This document shows positions 27,535-42,690 of a stretch of 64,000 nt of DNA, in pieces. Each line of letters begins with the position of its first letter. Position 1 is the stretch's first letter. The position numbers and the translations under genes are program-made. The notes beneath the pieces were generated by a model that was not told where the DNA came from, made no database searches, and worked only from the letters and a program-made list of their open reading frames with translations. Source of the DNA: the human T2T-CHM13v2.0 reference genome, Homo sapiens; NCBI RefSeq assembly GCF_009914755.1, contig NC_060937.1. The stretch is one strand, 5' to 3'.

Positions 27535-28224
27535 TGATGTCTACCTCCCAAAAGAGAAAAAAATGAAAGAGGTTGAAAGAAAAAGGCATTGGCCTTTCAA
27601 TCCTGTGGAAGTTACTTCAGGATGAGCAGGAGGGGGAACAACATAGGGAGGAGGTGGAACATCGGTGCCTCTTTTTCTGTACCTCTGTGATAAGAAGAAG
27701 TAACAGGAGTGGAGCACAGATCCTTGACATTTGGAAGACAGAGTCCTTTTACTCACTCCAGCTCCTGCAAGTTGTGTTCAGATTGCTCTAGGAATGCACA
27801 CAGCTGCCTGCTGTGGGACTGGGGACTGGGGGATGGGTAGCTGCTCCTTAGAGGTGCTAAGAGGGGAAATTGACCAAAATTAACTACAATTTGCTATCCT
27901 CACCCTCCCCAGGAAGTTGTAAGCCTTCAATAGACTCCAGAGTTCCAAAACAGTTACATCAGACAGATTCTGCCAATGTAATTGTTGTCTGGGTGGGGAG
28001 GCAGATTTCCTGTACTTCCTACTTTGCCATCTTCTCAGAATCCTCATATGCTTTTATAATACCAAATATATAATATAAATATTATACATTATTTATATAA
28101 ATAAAAGATATGTATATAAATTATATTTATATATTTTTAATATTTATATTTGAGTTATATAAATATAAACTTTATAACTCAAGTACATTACTGGAAAGAC
28201 TATATTAAAAATTAATAGATGGAT

Positions 28225-28400
28225 GACTAGAGTGGGATGACTAATGAGTGCAGGGTTTCTTTTGGAGATGACAAAAATGTTCTAAACTATAGCGATGGTT
28301 GTACAACTCTGTAAACATAATAAAAACCATTGAATTGTGTTTTTTATATGGGTAAAATTTATGATAAATAAATTTTTTCTTAAAGCTTTTTTTTTAAAAA
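28225..28400 (+). mobile_element. Old L1 (MB7/MC-like) 3' terminus
   Basis: CTAATGAGTGCAGGGTTTCTTTTGGAGATGACAAAAATGTTCTAAA...GATGGTTGTACAACTCTGT...AAAAACCATTGAATTGT. Confidence 0.8.
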
Positions 28401-28704
28401 ATAACTCATCCAAAGTCAACATAAAGCCATTTTAAAATGCCACTGCATAGGCAGTTTTGCTGAAAATGAGCCACCACCATATGAATAATATTTTAGAATA
28501 AGTTGAGTGAAAAATTATCAGTTATTTAATAAGGTATTATTATAGTAAATTTCTGAGTCATTTTAATTTTTTAAGACAAAGCACATCTCCCATCTGCTTT
28601 GGAAGCTGGTTTCTCCCCTTTGCCCCCAGTGATATGGAGTAAGTACCTGTTTATGTTAATATGTTAAGTTCAGTTTCCTCCTGTCTTTTTTTTTTTTTTC
28701 TTTA

Positions 28705-28890
28705 CTAACATGCATTGAGTGTTTTCCACGTTCCCAGCCTTATGCTAGGTACTTTGCATGTATTATCTCAGGCACTTATGCATGTAAGCTGTATTCACAT
28801 ATGTGCTGACACACAGACAACCCTAATGAGAGGTTCTTTTATTATACCCCATCTTACAGTGAGAAAGCACAAGCACAAAATGGTTAACTC
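28705..28890 (-). mobile_element. MIR SINE
   Basis: CTAACATGCATTGAGTG...TGCTAGGTACTTTGCATGTATTATCTCA...ACAACCCT...CCCCATCTTACAGTGAGAAA. Confidence 0.75.
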
Positions 28891-30789
28891 AAGCTGATGA
28901 TTACATATTTGTATTTTTTCTTTCTTGGATTTTGCACTGGGATAATGCTCAGAAAGCTCTTCTTTACACTATGCATTTCTGTTTTCCTCTAGTGCTTCAC
29001 ATCTTTATATTTAAATCTTTAAGCTATCTAAAATTAACTTAGGGCCACAGTTAGGCAAGACTTTCATTTTAACTTATAATAAATAGTTTGGTAGTGGTTC
29101 TAAAACAGTATGTAAAACTATTCATTTCCCCCCATTTGAGATGTTTATTATGATGCTAAATTCTAATATCTAATATAATACTAAATTTAATGTCTGTTGA
29201 TGGACTTTGTTCACTTTACTGAGTTAGTCCAATTTGAGACAAAGAATTTTGTACCCTTTTACTATCTCGTAATCTTCACTCTACGGTTTGGTCTTTGTGA
29301 TTTCAGATCTAGGTAATTATTGCATTGTCTTACATTATAAGGAAATGGCACTGTTTTGCAAAAATATACAATGATTATTTAGAGTCATATTTGTTTTAAC
29401 TGGTTTTAACACTTACCACTCATCCTTTTGTGCCATGATTCCTCATTCTCGTGCTCTTAGACTTATGGTTGGTGAAGATTCTGGGTCTCGGAGACAGCAG
29501 GCACATGGGCAAAGAGGAATAACTATCCTCCCCTTCCTCTGGCGCTCTCTCCATCAGCCAGTGTTTCCAGGATTGGTTTTCCTCTATTAATCATCACCTG
29601 CCCTGTAGTCAGCAACGTTTTTGCAAACCTTTAATCGAAACACGAGGTTGTCTTCAGTCGTGGTTGTCAGCGTTGAGAATTTTCTTCTTTCTCTGAGTTT
29701 TCACGGATGAGAAACTGCGCTGAGGGCTGCTACAGATGTCATTTAAAATTTTTAACTTTTCTTCATCAACATAGAGAGATTTATTTATGAATATAATGCA
29801 TAAAATCTCTCCTGATTTTGTCAAAATAAGCAGTTTCTTAAATGAGGAGAATATCTTCATTTAGGAATAAATGAAGAAAAACGTTTAAATTTAGAGTCTT
29901 CAGACTTTTAGGAATAAGCCATGAAGAGGTGGATACCCACAGGATGGGAAGGTGATCTTCTCACAGGGGTGACCTGCTCCTGAAGAATCTCAGGGCTAAG
30001 CAACACAGTATTTTCTGGCACTGCTTACAAACAGTTGTGGCCAATGCAAGCATGACTTTGCTGTGAGGTTGGCTTCTCTGCAGTCTCACGTCCTGTCAGA
30101 CAGCATGCCAGCGTAGTGAAGGAGAACAGAAATCAGTGCTAAATGCCGCAGTTATTTCTGGAATGTCTTCCTGTTGTAGGAAACCAAGTTGCTAGTGTTT
30201 GGTGGTGTTCTGAACAAATTGTTCCTCATTCTAAGTGATGGTATGAGGGCTTACTGGCCTGGAAGATGATCACCCAAAGGTATTTGTTCATTCGTTTGTT
30301 TTTTTCACCTCTGCCTGCCCCAGTTCTCTGGTAGGTGATTAGGAAACACCAATCACTAGAAAATCACCTCTTCCTCTGTTGAGTTTGGTGACTAGTCATT
30401 AGCCGTATTTTCAGGGAGCTCATCTGGTGGACATTCAAGAAGGCTTCCCTCATGGGAAGTAGGCATATGCAAATGACTGTGTGTCTGCAGGTGATACTTG
30501 AAAACACAGCAAAGTATATGCTCATGCTCATCCCATGCCTGGCATTCTATTTCTAGATTACTGGTGTACCTGCTGACAAAAATCGGTGTCGATGTGCACT
30601 AGATATTAGGAGGGGTAAAGAAATAGCCTTAGGGGTCCCCTGACCCCTTCCACCATCAGAGACAAATTTACATTCTTATTCTGAACTAAATTTGTCATTA
30701 GCATAAAATATATTAATGTTTGGTTATTTGAGGAAATTGAAAGATAGAAAACTTAATTACATTAATACCAAACTTTACCCACTTATATT

Positions 30790-31150
30790 TTTCCCAGTCC
30801 ACAAATGTTGAGCACCAATTGTATGATAAGCACTGGAATACAGCAGTGAGAACCCGGACCTTACAGTGCAGTGGAGCAGACAGACAGGTGGAAATTATTT
30901 CAGAATGCAGTGTGGTAAGTGCCACGATCAGGGTAAATAGAGGGTTGCCCAGGAGCACAAGAGAGGAGTGTCTTACAATATTGGGGGTCAAGAAGCTTCC
31001 TGAAGGTAAGCCTTAACAGATACATTGGAAATATCCAGGCAGATAGTGAGTAGAGGACGTGTTCGGGCAGAAGTTACAGCCTAGAGATGCTGTTGGAGAG
31101 GTGCAGATAATTCAGTTTGATTGCAGCCTTGTGGTTACAGAAGCACATAG
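30790..31150 (-). mobile_element. L2 3' remnant
   Basis: CAAATGTTGAGCACCAATT...CACTGGAATACAGCAGTGA...CAGTGTGGTAAGTGCCACGAT...GCTTCCTGAAGG. Confidence 0.7.
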
Positions 31151-31492
31151 GAGCCCCAGGAGATGGGTCATAGAAGTCTAACCTCATGGAGCCCCATGAC
31201 GACAAGCTTTGGGTGCAGAACTAATTTAGTCTTCCTAACCTTAATCAGAGCTGCAAATACATACTTAATAAGGATAATGTGCTATGTTTACTTTATTTTC
31301 TTTGTGCTCCTTTGGTCAAAGGTGCTTAAATAAACGTTAATGAGTCAAGATGGGATAAAGAAATGTGGCATTAGCCAAATATGTGTAATGAGCATAAAAT
31401 TTGTGCAAAACACTGTTCTATGTGCTAAGGTGGTTTAGAAAAACAATAATAGTTAAATTTTATCACATTTCCTGTTATCCAAAACAGCTTGA

Positions 31493-31777
<285 letters not shown>

Positions 31778-31869
31778 ATGGGGATCTAATTTTTTTAAGT
31801 ATTATTATTTAGGTAATTATATGTGTATATATATTTTAACTTATATATTTACATACACCGATAAATTGG

Positions 31870-32040
31870 GGGTTGTTACATGTTAAAGTGCATTAGAATT
31901 ACATGATGGGTTTGTTAAAACAATTTGAGGGGCCCACCTTTAATATGTCTGATTCAGTATATTTGGAGTTGAAGCCCAATAATTTGTGTTTCTAATAAAT
32001 TCCTGGGTAATGCTGATGCTCCTGGTCCAGAACCATTGAT
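31870..32040. mobile_element. MER5A hAT-Charlie fossil
   Basis: GTGCATTAGAATTAC...TTGTTAAAACA...TCTGATTCAGTA...AATTTGTGTTTCTAATAAATTCCTGGGTAATGCTGATGCTCCTGGTCC. Confidence 0.8.
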
Positions 32041-32058
32041 AGGAATGCAAGCAAATTA

Positions 32059-32590
<532 letters not shown>

Positions 32591-33199
32591 CTAGTTACTT
32601 TGTGTAGAGAATTTCTGGTTATGAAATAACAAACAAAAACCAGAGAAGATTGGATTGGGAAGGAAGGTGAATGAAGTATCTACCAGGGTCTTTAACAAAG
32701 CCAACATGTTTGTATATTGAACAGTGGGCGCCAGGAATTCACTGTAGGATGCTCAGCAGCAATAAATCGAGCTTAGCAAGGCATTCTCTAAGTCCTGTGC
32801 TGGATAAACAGGGTCGGGATGAGCCCAAAGCACACAGAAGCCTATTGTATTTTACTAGGTGTCAGGTAGGGAAGGCTTAAGCCTAGCTTTCTTATGTGGA
32901 AATACTAGTAGAAAAAAATAAAATGGAAAAAACACAGATAAAACTGTAGGAGTCTTTCAATTTCATAAGGCAGACAAGACAGATCTGTTTTCCTTTCATT
33001 TTTTCTAAATTTGGTGCTCCATATATGTTCAGTGCTTAATACATTGTTCACAGAACAAATAAAAACCTTGCTCCAAAAGCATTTTTCTGCCTCAATTTTC
33101 TTATCTAAAAAATGGGGGTTATATAGCATGTCTACTTACAAGCAAAATAATTGGTGTAAAGTACTTTGATCATCCAAAAGTATGAATATGATTATTATT

Positions 33200-33510
33200 G
33201 CTAATGACAGAATGAGAAATCAAGTTCTCATTTAGATTTTAATTGGTTCAGAGAAAGGATATTTGTGCAAATTTCCTCATAGAATGGAGTTGATGGGGTG
33301 CCTCAGGAATTGGTGCCTAGTATATGAAATATTTAGTTGGAGAAAAGTAGCTAGCTCATTGAAGTAACTGATGACACAAAATTATGTAGGCTGGTAAAAA
33401 CCATAGAGAATTCTATGAAATATTCCAGAAGGAGTTAATCAAATGGTATGACCAGAAAATAGGACAGCAGTTCCATTTTAATGAAGATAAGTGACTTTCT
33501 TAGAAAAGGA
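33200..33510 (+). mobile_element. CR1/L3-type LINE reverse-transcriptase remnant
   Basis: GGG GTG CCT CAG (33295) = GVPQ and ACT GAT GAC ACA AAA TTA (33367) = TDDTKL, matching the SGVPQGS and FADDTKL motifs of CR1-clade RT. Confidence 0.6.
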
Positions 33511-33624
33511 AATAGTTTTCATTTTCTCAGCATGTTGATTAACCAAGAGATATTAGAGGGAAAAGCAATGTGTCATGGTGCTTAACACATTTATTGGAAT
33601 GCAGAAGTGCCATAGTGCCATATT

Positions 33625-33805
33625 TATTTATTCATTTATTCATTCATTTGCTGGACTCTATTCAGTACACACTGACCATCTGTGTGTCAGACAGTTGTGC
33701 TAAACAGCAGGGTGAGTAGGGAACAAAAGTAAATGAAGACGCAGTCCCTCCCTTTAAACTAGCTGACAATCCAGAAAGAGGGACATAAAAGTAAACAGAT
33801 GTGGC
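33625..33805 (-). mobile_element. L2 3' terminus
   Basis: (TTCA)n start, TGTGTGTCAGACAGTTGTGCTAAAC...AAGACGCAGTCCCTCCC. Confidence 0.7.
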
Positions 33806-33826
33806 TGTGAAACTGCCAAATAAATA

Positions 33827-34565
33827 ACTATTAGTTTTCCATTGCTGTGTAGCAAATTACAGAAACTCAGTAGCTTAAAACAACCCACATTTTCTGTTTC
33901 TGTGGGTCAGGAGTCTGAGCGTGACTTAGATGGTTTCTCTGTTCAGGGTCTCAGAAAGCTGCAGTCAAGGTGTTGGCTGGCTGCATGCTCATCTGGAGGT
34001 CTGACTGGGGAATAATTTTTTTTTTTTTTGAGTTGGGGGTGTTGCTCTGTCTCTTAGGCTAGTGTGCAGTGGTGCAGTCGTGGCTCACTGCATCCTTGAA
34101 GTCCTCAGCTCAAGTGATTCTCCCACCTCAGCCTTCCAGTTTGCTTGGATTACAGGAATGAGCCACTGTGGCCAGCTCAAGAATCCATTTTTTATGGTCA
34201 TTTGAGTTGTTGGCAGAAGTGATTTCCTTGTGCTATATAACTGAGAATCCCAGTTTTTTGCTTGCTGTCATCTGGAGGTCACCCTCAGTTCCTAGAGGCT
34301 ACCCTTGCCACATGGGCTTGCTCAACATAATCCCTTAGTGTTCCTTGAGTTAGCAAGATGAATCTCTCACTCCAGTCTAAAATGGAGATTTATATCAAAT
34401 AACCTAATTATGGGAGTGATAGCCCATCATCTTTGCCATATTCTATTGATTATAAATAAGTCACAGGTTCCACCTGCACTCAAGACAAAGAGGTTACACA
34501 GGTCATAAACAATAAGAGTTAGGTAATATGGGAGTGTGGTCACACCTTACAGTATGTCTGCCACA
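33827..34565 (-). mobile_element. MLT1E-like MaLR LTR interrupted by FLAM
   Basis: TATTAGTTTTCCATTGCTGTGTAGCAAATTAC...GTAGCTTAAAACAAC...TCTGTGGGTCAGGAGTCTG...TCTGCCACA. Confidence 0.82.
34015..34158 (-). mobile_element. FLAM (monomeric Alu ancestor)
   Basis: Single ~130-bp monomer: polyT, GGCTCACTGCATCCTTGAA..CTCAAGTGATTCTCCCACCTCAGCC..GGATTACAGGAATGAGCCACTG. Confidence 0.85.
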
Positions 34566-34887
34566 GTCATATACTATAGACTGCCTCATGAAGAACACAT
34601 CTGAGACAAATTTAGGAAATTATCAGACATGTTATTCATCCATTTCTCTTGGTACTTTTGGCTACATTCTTGAATCATTTAAGGTTGCTGGATGACTTTA
34701 TAATTGGATCTGCCAGGGCTGCCCTTATTAAATTGCCCTTTAGTGTTGTGCTATTGACTTTTATCAAAGTTCACATATACTAGCAATAACAAATTACTAT
34801 TGTAATTATTGGTCAGAAAAGTAAGACAAAAAGGACACAATTTACATATATCTTAAATATTTCAGTTTAACCTAAAATTCATAAATG

Positions 34888-35233
<346 letters not shown>

Positions 35234-37849
35234 TTAGGTTTGTTTTTAGTTGATCAAACTGTTGAAGACATGTGTGAGGTAGTCCAATTGAAAAATTGGA
35301 CTTAGAGTGTTACCCCACCCACCCCTGCCACCCCAAAATCTTCTAAGATTCCCAGAAATATTTTTCTGCAGCTTTCTATTATCATATGTTTTCAAAGCAT
35401 TCCACTTCTTCATAGAAATATTTCTCTTTGCACACTTGTATTTCAGCTTATGGCATATTTTAGTAGAACTGCATAATTACAATAGCAAGAATGATGAGTG
35501 TAAATAGTTTTGGAAGCAAGCACAACCAATTCATGGAAGCACATAAAACACACCTTCAAATGGTAAAGAAAGCTGGACAAAAGTTATTTCTTTAAGGGAC
35601 AACATGGGTGCACCTGACTCAGCCAACACTCTTACCCATGTGCCTACTATTGTTATATGACTTTTTGCTTCTGTATTTGTTGTAAACTTTTTTGCTATTG
35701 ATGATGGTGATTCTTTATATATCTTGATTCATTACATAAAGTGCTTTATCAAAATTTATGTTTAAAATAAAGTATCAAATAAAGCTTTACCCTCTCCCAA
35801 AGAATGTCAACACCTTTGTCATAAAGAATACATCATAACTTCTGGGAGTCTCTCCTTCACCCTGGCTGGAGTAGTGTGCAGGCACAACATAAGATACAAA
35901 TATTCTGGACCTATCTGTATTTTAGAAATTGAGAATTTAGGTGTCTGGTTTCTAATACTGATATCTATACATGGCCAGCTTGTTGTCTGATTTAAAATGA
36001 TGTAACTTTAAGAACAAATTTGAGAAGTAAATATTTGAGAAGCAGTAACTATAATTTAAAACAGAGTTACACTCGCATTTCTTAATCCAAAGATTTCAGC
36101 TCTTTATACAGATGTTTAGAACAACAATGTCTGAACAATTCATACTACAGATTACTAGGCATCCAATTTCAGCAGCTGCCATCATTGTTTTATAGTTAAT
36201 AATTTGTCATTTTTAAATCCCAAATCAGACCTCCTTATTAATATTTGGTAAACATGCCAGGAGAAAACTATTTACTTGACACTTAAGATAAATAAATTAT
36301 CCAACAAGAAAGGCTACCTACTACCTATGCAAATATGACTAAATGCCAGTATAAAGACTTGTGATATTTGGCTTGTAATCTTCACATTGTCTTGGTGAAG
36401 TTGAGTATATTAATCCTACATAGACCTGAGTTAACTGGTCTTCTACCTGTGACATGGGAAGCACAATATGTTGCAGGATTGTTTTAAGGATGAAAGATAA
36501 TTTATTTAGAGTGCCTAGGATGGCACAGGATTTATTAAGTGTGCAGTACATGTTTGTTGCATGAATGAATAAAGGATGATAATTGTTGTTGTGGTGTCAA
36601 TTTTCAGTCAGGATGAAAGAAACAATGAGATATCACACTAAGGACTAGTGAGTAACAGCAGTTGTTGCAAATATTCTTGTGAACTTTAGGTGGCTGTAAT
36701 ACCCATTGTATGTAAAAGAAGTTCAAATAAAGCCTATAAGTCATGTCAAAGCCAAATCAATTACTCAGTTCATTCTAAGCCACATTTTTTTTTAACCATC
36801 ATTGAGGAAAGGAGATAACGTTCATTTGCCAAGGCTATGATATGAATGAGGTTAAATTCATTGTTGGAACCTCCCAACACCCACACATCAACTCCTTTCC
36901 TTGGAAAACTTCTACAGTTGATACAATGGAAGCCACCAGCTAGTTGGTTATATATGATTTTAGCAGTCATAAGTATCTGTTAGACCCAGAATTTGAAATC
37001 AGAAACTTCCTGTATTCATGGTCATAGATTATTTAAAAGAAGGATTTTGTATGTGCAATGCTAAAATTATGCCCATTTTAAAAAATTTTAGCTTTACTTT
37101 TAGATTGAGGGGGTACATGTACAGGTTTGTTACATGGGTATATTATGTGATGCTGAGGATTGGGGTTTGATTGATCTTGTCCCCTAGGTACTAAGTTTAG
37201 TACCCAATAGGTAGTTTTTCAACCATTTCCCTTCTCTCTCTCTCCCCGCTGTACTAGTCCCTAGCAGTCTATTTTTTTCATATTTATCTCCATGTGTACC
37301 CAGTGTTTAGCTCCCACTTAAAGTGGGAACATGCAGTATTTGGTTTTCTGTTCTTGCATTAATTCTTTTAGGATAATGGCCTCCTGCTGCCTCCATGTTG
37401 CTGCAAAGGACATGATTCTGTTCTTTGTTATGGCTGCATAGTACTCCGTGGAGAATATGTACCACATTTTCTTTGTCCAGTCCACCATTGATGGTCACCT
37501 AGGTTGATTCCATGTCTTTGCTATTGTGAATAGTGCTGCTATGAACATATGCATACATGTCTCTTTTTGGCCAAATGAATGATTTATTTTCCTTTGGGTA
37601 TGTTCCAGTAATGGGATTGCTGGGTCAAATGATAGTTCTGTTTTCAGTTCTTTGAGAAATTTTGAAACTGCTTTTCACAGTGGCTGAATTAATTTACATT
37701 CCCACCAACAGTGTATAAGCTGTTCCCTTTTCTCCACAGCCTCACCACCATCTGTTGTTTTGTTACTTTTTAATAGCCATTCTGAACGTTGTGAGATGGT
37801 ATCGTATTGTGGTTTTGATTTTTTTTTCTGATGATTAGTGATGTTGAGC

Positions 37850-39955
<2,106 letters not shown>

Positions 39956-41894
39956 GTTGAGCATTTTTTCATATGTTTATTGGCTCCTCGTATGTCTTCT
40001 TTTAAGAAGTGTGTGTTCATGTATTTTGCTTACCTTTTAATGAAGTTATTTGTCTTTCACTTAAGTTCCTTATGGATTCTGGACATTCGACCTTTGTCAG
40101 ATACATACCTTGCAAATATTTTCTCTCATTCTATAGGTTTCTGTTCACACTGTTGATAGTTTCTTTGCTGTGCAGAAGCTCTTTAGTTTAATTAGGTCCC
40201 ACTTGTCAATTTTTGTTTTGGTTGTGATTGCTTTTGAAGACTTAGTCATAAATTCTTTGCCAAAGCTGGTGTCCAGAAGGGTATTTCCTAGGTTTTCTTC
40301 TAAGATTTTTATAGTTTACATCTTACATTTGAGTCTTTAATCCATCTTAAGTTAATGTTTTTATATACTGATATGTAGTGGTCCAATTTCATTCAGGTGC
40401 ATATGGCTGGCCAGCTATTCCAACACCACTTATTGAATAGGGAGTCCTTTCCCCATGGCTTATTTTTGTTGACTTTGTCAAAGATCAGTTGGTTGTATTA
40501 ATAGGTGTGCAGCTTTATTTCTAGGTTCTCTATGGTGTTCCATTCGTCTACATGTCTGTTTTCATACCAGAATCATGCTATTTTGGTTACTATAGCCTTG
40601 TATAGTTTGAAGTCAGGTAGTGTGATATCTATGGCTTTGTTCTTTTTGCCTAAGATTGCTTTGGTTATTTGGGCTCTTTTTTGGTTTCATATGAATTTCA
40701 GAATAGTTTTTTTCTAATTCTGTGAAAAATTATATTGGCAGTTTGATAACAATAGCATTGAATCTACAGATTGCTTTGGGCAGTATGACAATTTAATGAT
40801 ATTATTTCTTCCAGTCCATGAACATGAAATGTTTTTCCATTTGTTATTATCATCTATGATTTCTTTCAGGAGTGTTTTGTAGTCTCCTTTTAGAGATCTT
40901 TTATCTCCTTGGTTAAATATATTTGTAGATATTTTAATTTTTTGTGACTATTGTAAGTGGGATTGTATTATTGATTTGGCTCTCAGCTCAAATGTTATTG
41001 ATATATAAAAATACCACCGGTTTTTGTCTATTAATTTTGTATTCAGAAACTTTAATGAAGATGTTTATCAGTTGTAGGAGCCTTCTGGAGTAATGTATAG
41101 GGTTTTCAAGGTATATGATCGTATCAGTGAAGAGGGATAATTTGACTTCCTCTCTTCCTGTTTGGATGCGTTTATTTCTTTCTCTTGCCTTATTACTCTG
41201 GCTAGGACTTCTAGTACATGTTGAAAAAGAATGATGAGATTAGGCATCCTTATCTTGTTCCAGTTCTCAAGGTGAATTCTTCCAGCTTTTATCTATTCAG
41301 TGTGATGTTGGCTATGGGTTTGCCATAGATAGCTCTTATTATTTTGAGGTATGTTTCTTCAATGCCTAGTTTGCTAAGGGTTTTATCATAAAGGAATTTT
41401 GGATTTTATCAGAAGTTTTAATGCATGTATTGAGATGATCATATGGTTTTTGTTTTTAATTCTGTTTATGTGATGAATCACATTTATTGATTTGCATATG
41501 TTGAACCACCCTTGCATCCCAGGAGAAAAGACTCTTGATGGTGGTTAATTACCTTTTTGATGGGCTGCTGGATTAGGTTTGCTAGTGTTTTGTTGAGGAT
41601 TTTTGCATCTATGTTCATTGGATATTGGCCTGTAGTTTTCTTTTATTGTTGTGTCTTCGATCGATTTTGGCATCAGGATGATGCCGGCTTCATAGAATGA
41701 GTTAGGGAGGAGTCCTTCCTCCTTGATTTTTTTTGGGGGGGAATAGTTTCAGTAGGATTGGTGTCAGCTCTTCTTTGTGTGTCTGGTAGAATTCACACTA
41801 TACCCAAATTAATAGCAATGGTTTGTTTCCAATCAATTTTCCTTTTAAAATAGTACTAAATAATCACCATAATAAATGTCTTCTGAGAAATTAA

Positions 41895-42021
41895 GATAGA
41901 GAGGAGTTCCCTAAACATATGCTAAAAGTTCTTTCATTTAAAAATAATCTGGAATATTTAATATGTGGAGTAAAACTACCTGTTAGATTTAGGAGACTAA
42001 TCGGTGTGTGACTTAGAAATA
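41895..42021 (+). repeat. Left copy of a degenerate ~125-bp direct repeat flanking the MLT1F LTR
   Basis: Aligns to 42570-42690: 31/41 and 35/49 identities in two ungapped blocks counted by hand. Confidence 0.8.
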
Positions 42022-42569
42022 TGTTTTAGTATCTACTGCTGAATAACAAGTTATCCCAAAACTTAGAGGGATAAAACAGCAAATACTTATTACTTTACAC
42101 AGTTTCTAGGGTCTTGAATTCTGGTGCAGCTTTGCTGGCATCCTCTGGCTCAGGATCTCTGTGAGATTGTAAGCTGTCAGACAGGGCAGTGGTCTCATCT
42201 GAAGGTTCCTCTGAAGGAGGACCCACTTTCAAGCTCACTCACATGGCTGCTGGCAAGATTTGGTTCATTGACAGTTGCTGGACAGAGACCTCCCTCAGTT
42301 TCTAGCCGCATGGACCCTTCTGTAGAGATGCCTCAAGATGTGGCTTCCCCGAGAGAGAGAAATCAGAGAGAGAGGGCCCCAAAGATGGAAAACACAAGCT
42401 TTTACAATCTCATCTCAGAAGTGACATCCCATATGTTCTGTTGTATTCTGCCATATTTGTCAGAAACCGCAATGAGTCCAGCCCACACTCAAGGAGAGTG
42501 GATTACATAAGGACATGTCTATCAGGAGATGGGGATACTTGGGGGCAATCTCAGAGGCTGTCTACCACA
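42022..42569 (-). mobile_element. MLT1F-like MaLR solo LTR
   Basis: TGTTTTAGTATCTACTGCTGAATAACAAGTTATCCCAAAACTTAG...TCTCAGAAGTGACATCCCAT...AGTCCAGCCCACACTCAAGG...GAGGCTGTCTACCACA. Confidence 0.87.
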
Positions 42570-42690
42570 GATAGGGAGGAATTTCCTAAAAGTGTGATAA
42601 AGATTTTTTCTATTTTCTTTTCTGGGAGGCTTAATGTGTGAAAGGAAAGTACTTGATGGACTTAGGAGATCCTGTGACCCTGGAGAAATA
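42570..42690 (+). repeat. Right copy of the direct repeat, running on into a MIR-like remnant (to ~42790)
   Basis: GATAGGGAGGAATTTCCTAAA...TTAGGAGA...AGAAATA matches 41895-42021; continues TGTGACCCTGGAGAAATACCCTAACCCCTCTGAACTTCAG (MIR core). Confidence 0.75.

Noticed and set aside
28050-28160. Very AT-rich quasi-palindromic tract
   Set aside because: Low-complexity (TA)-rich sequence whose self-complementarity follows from composition.
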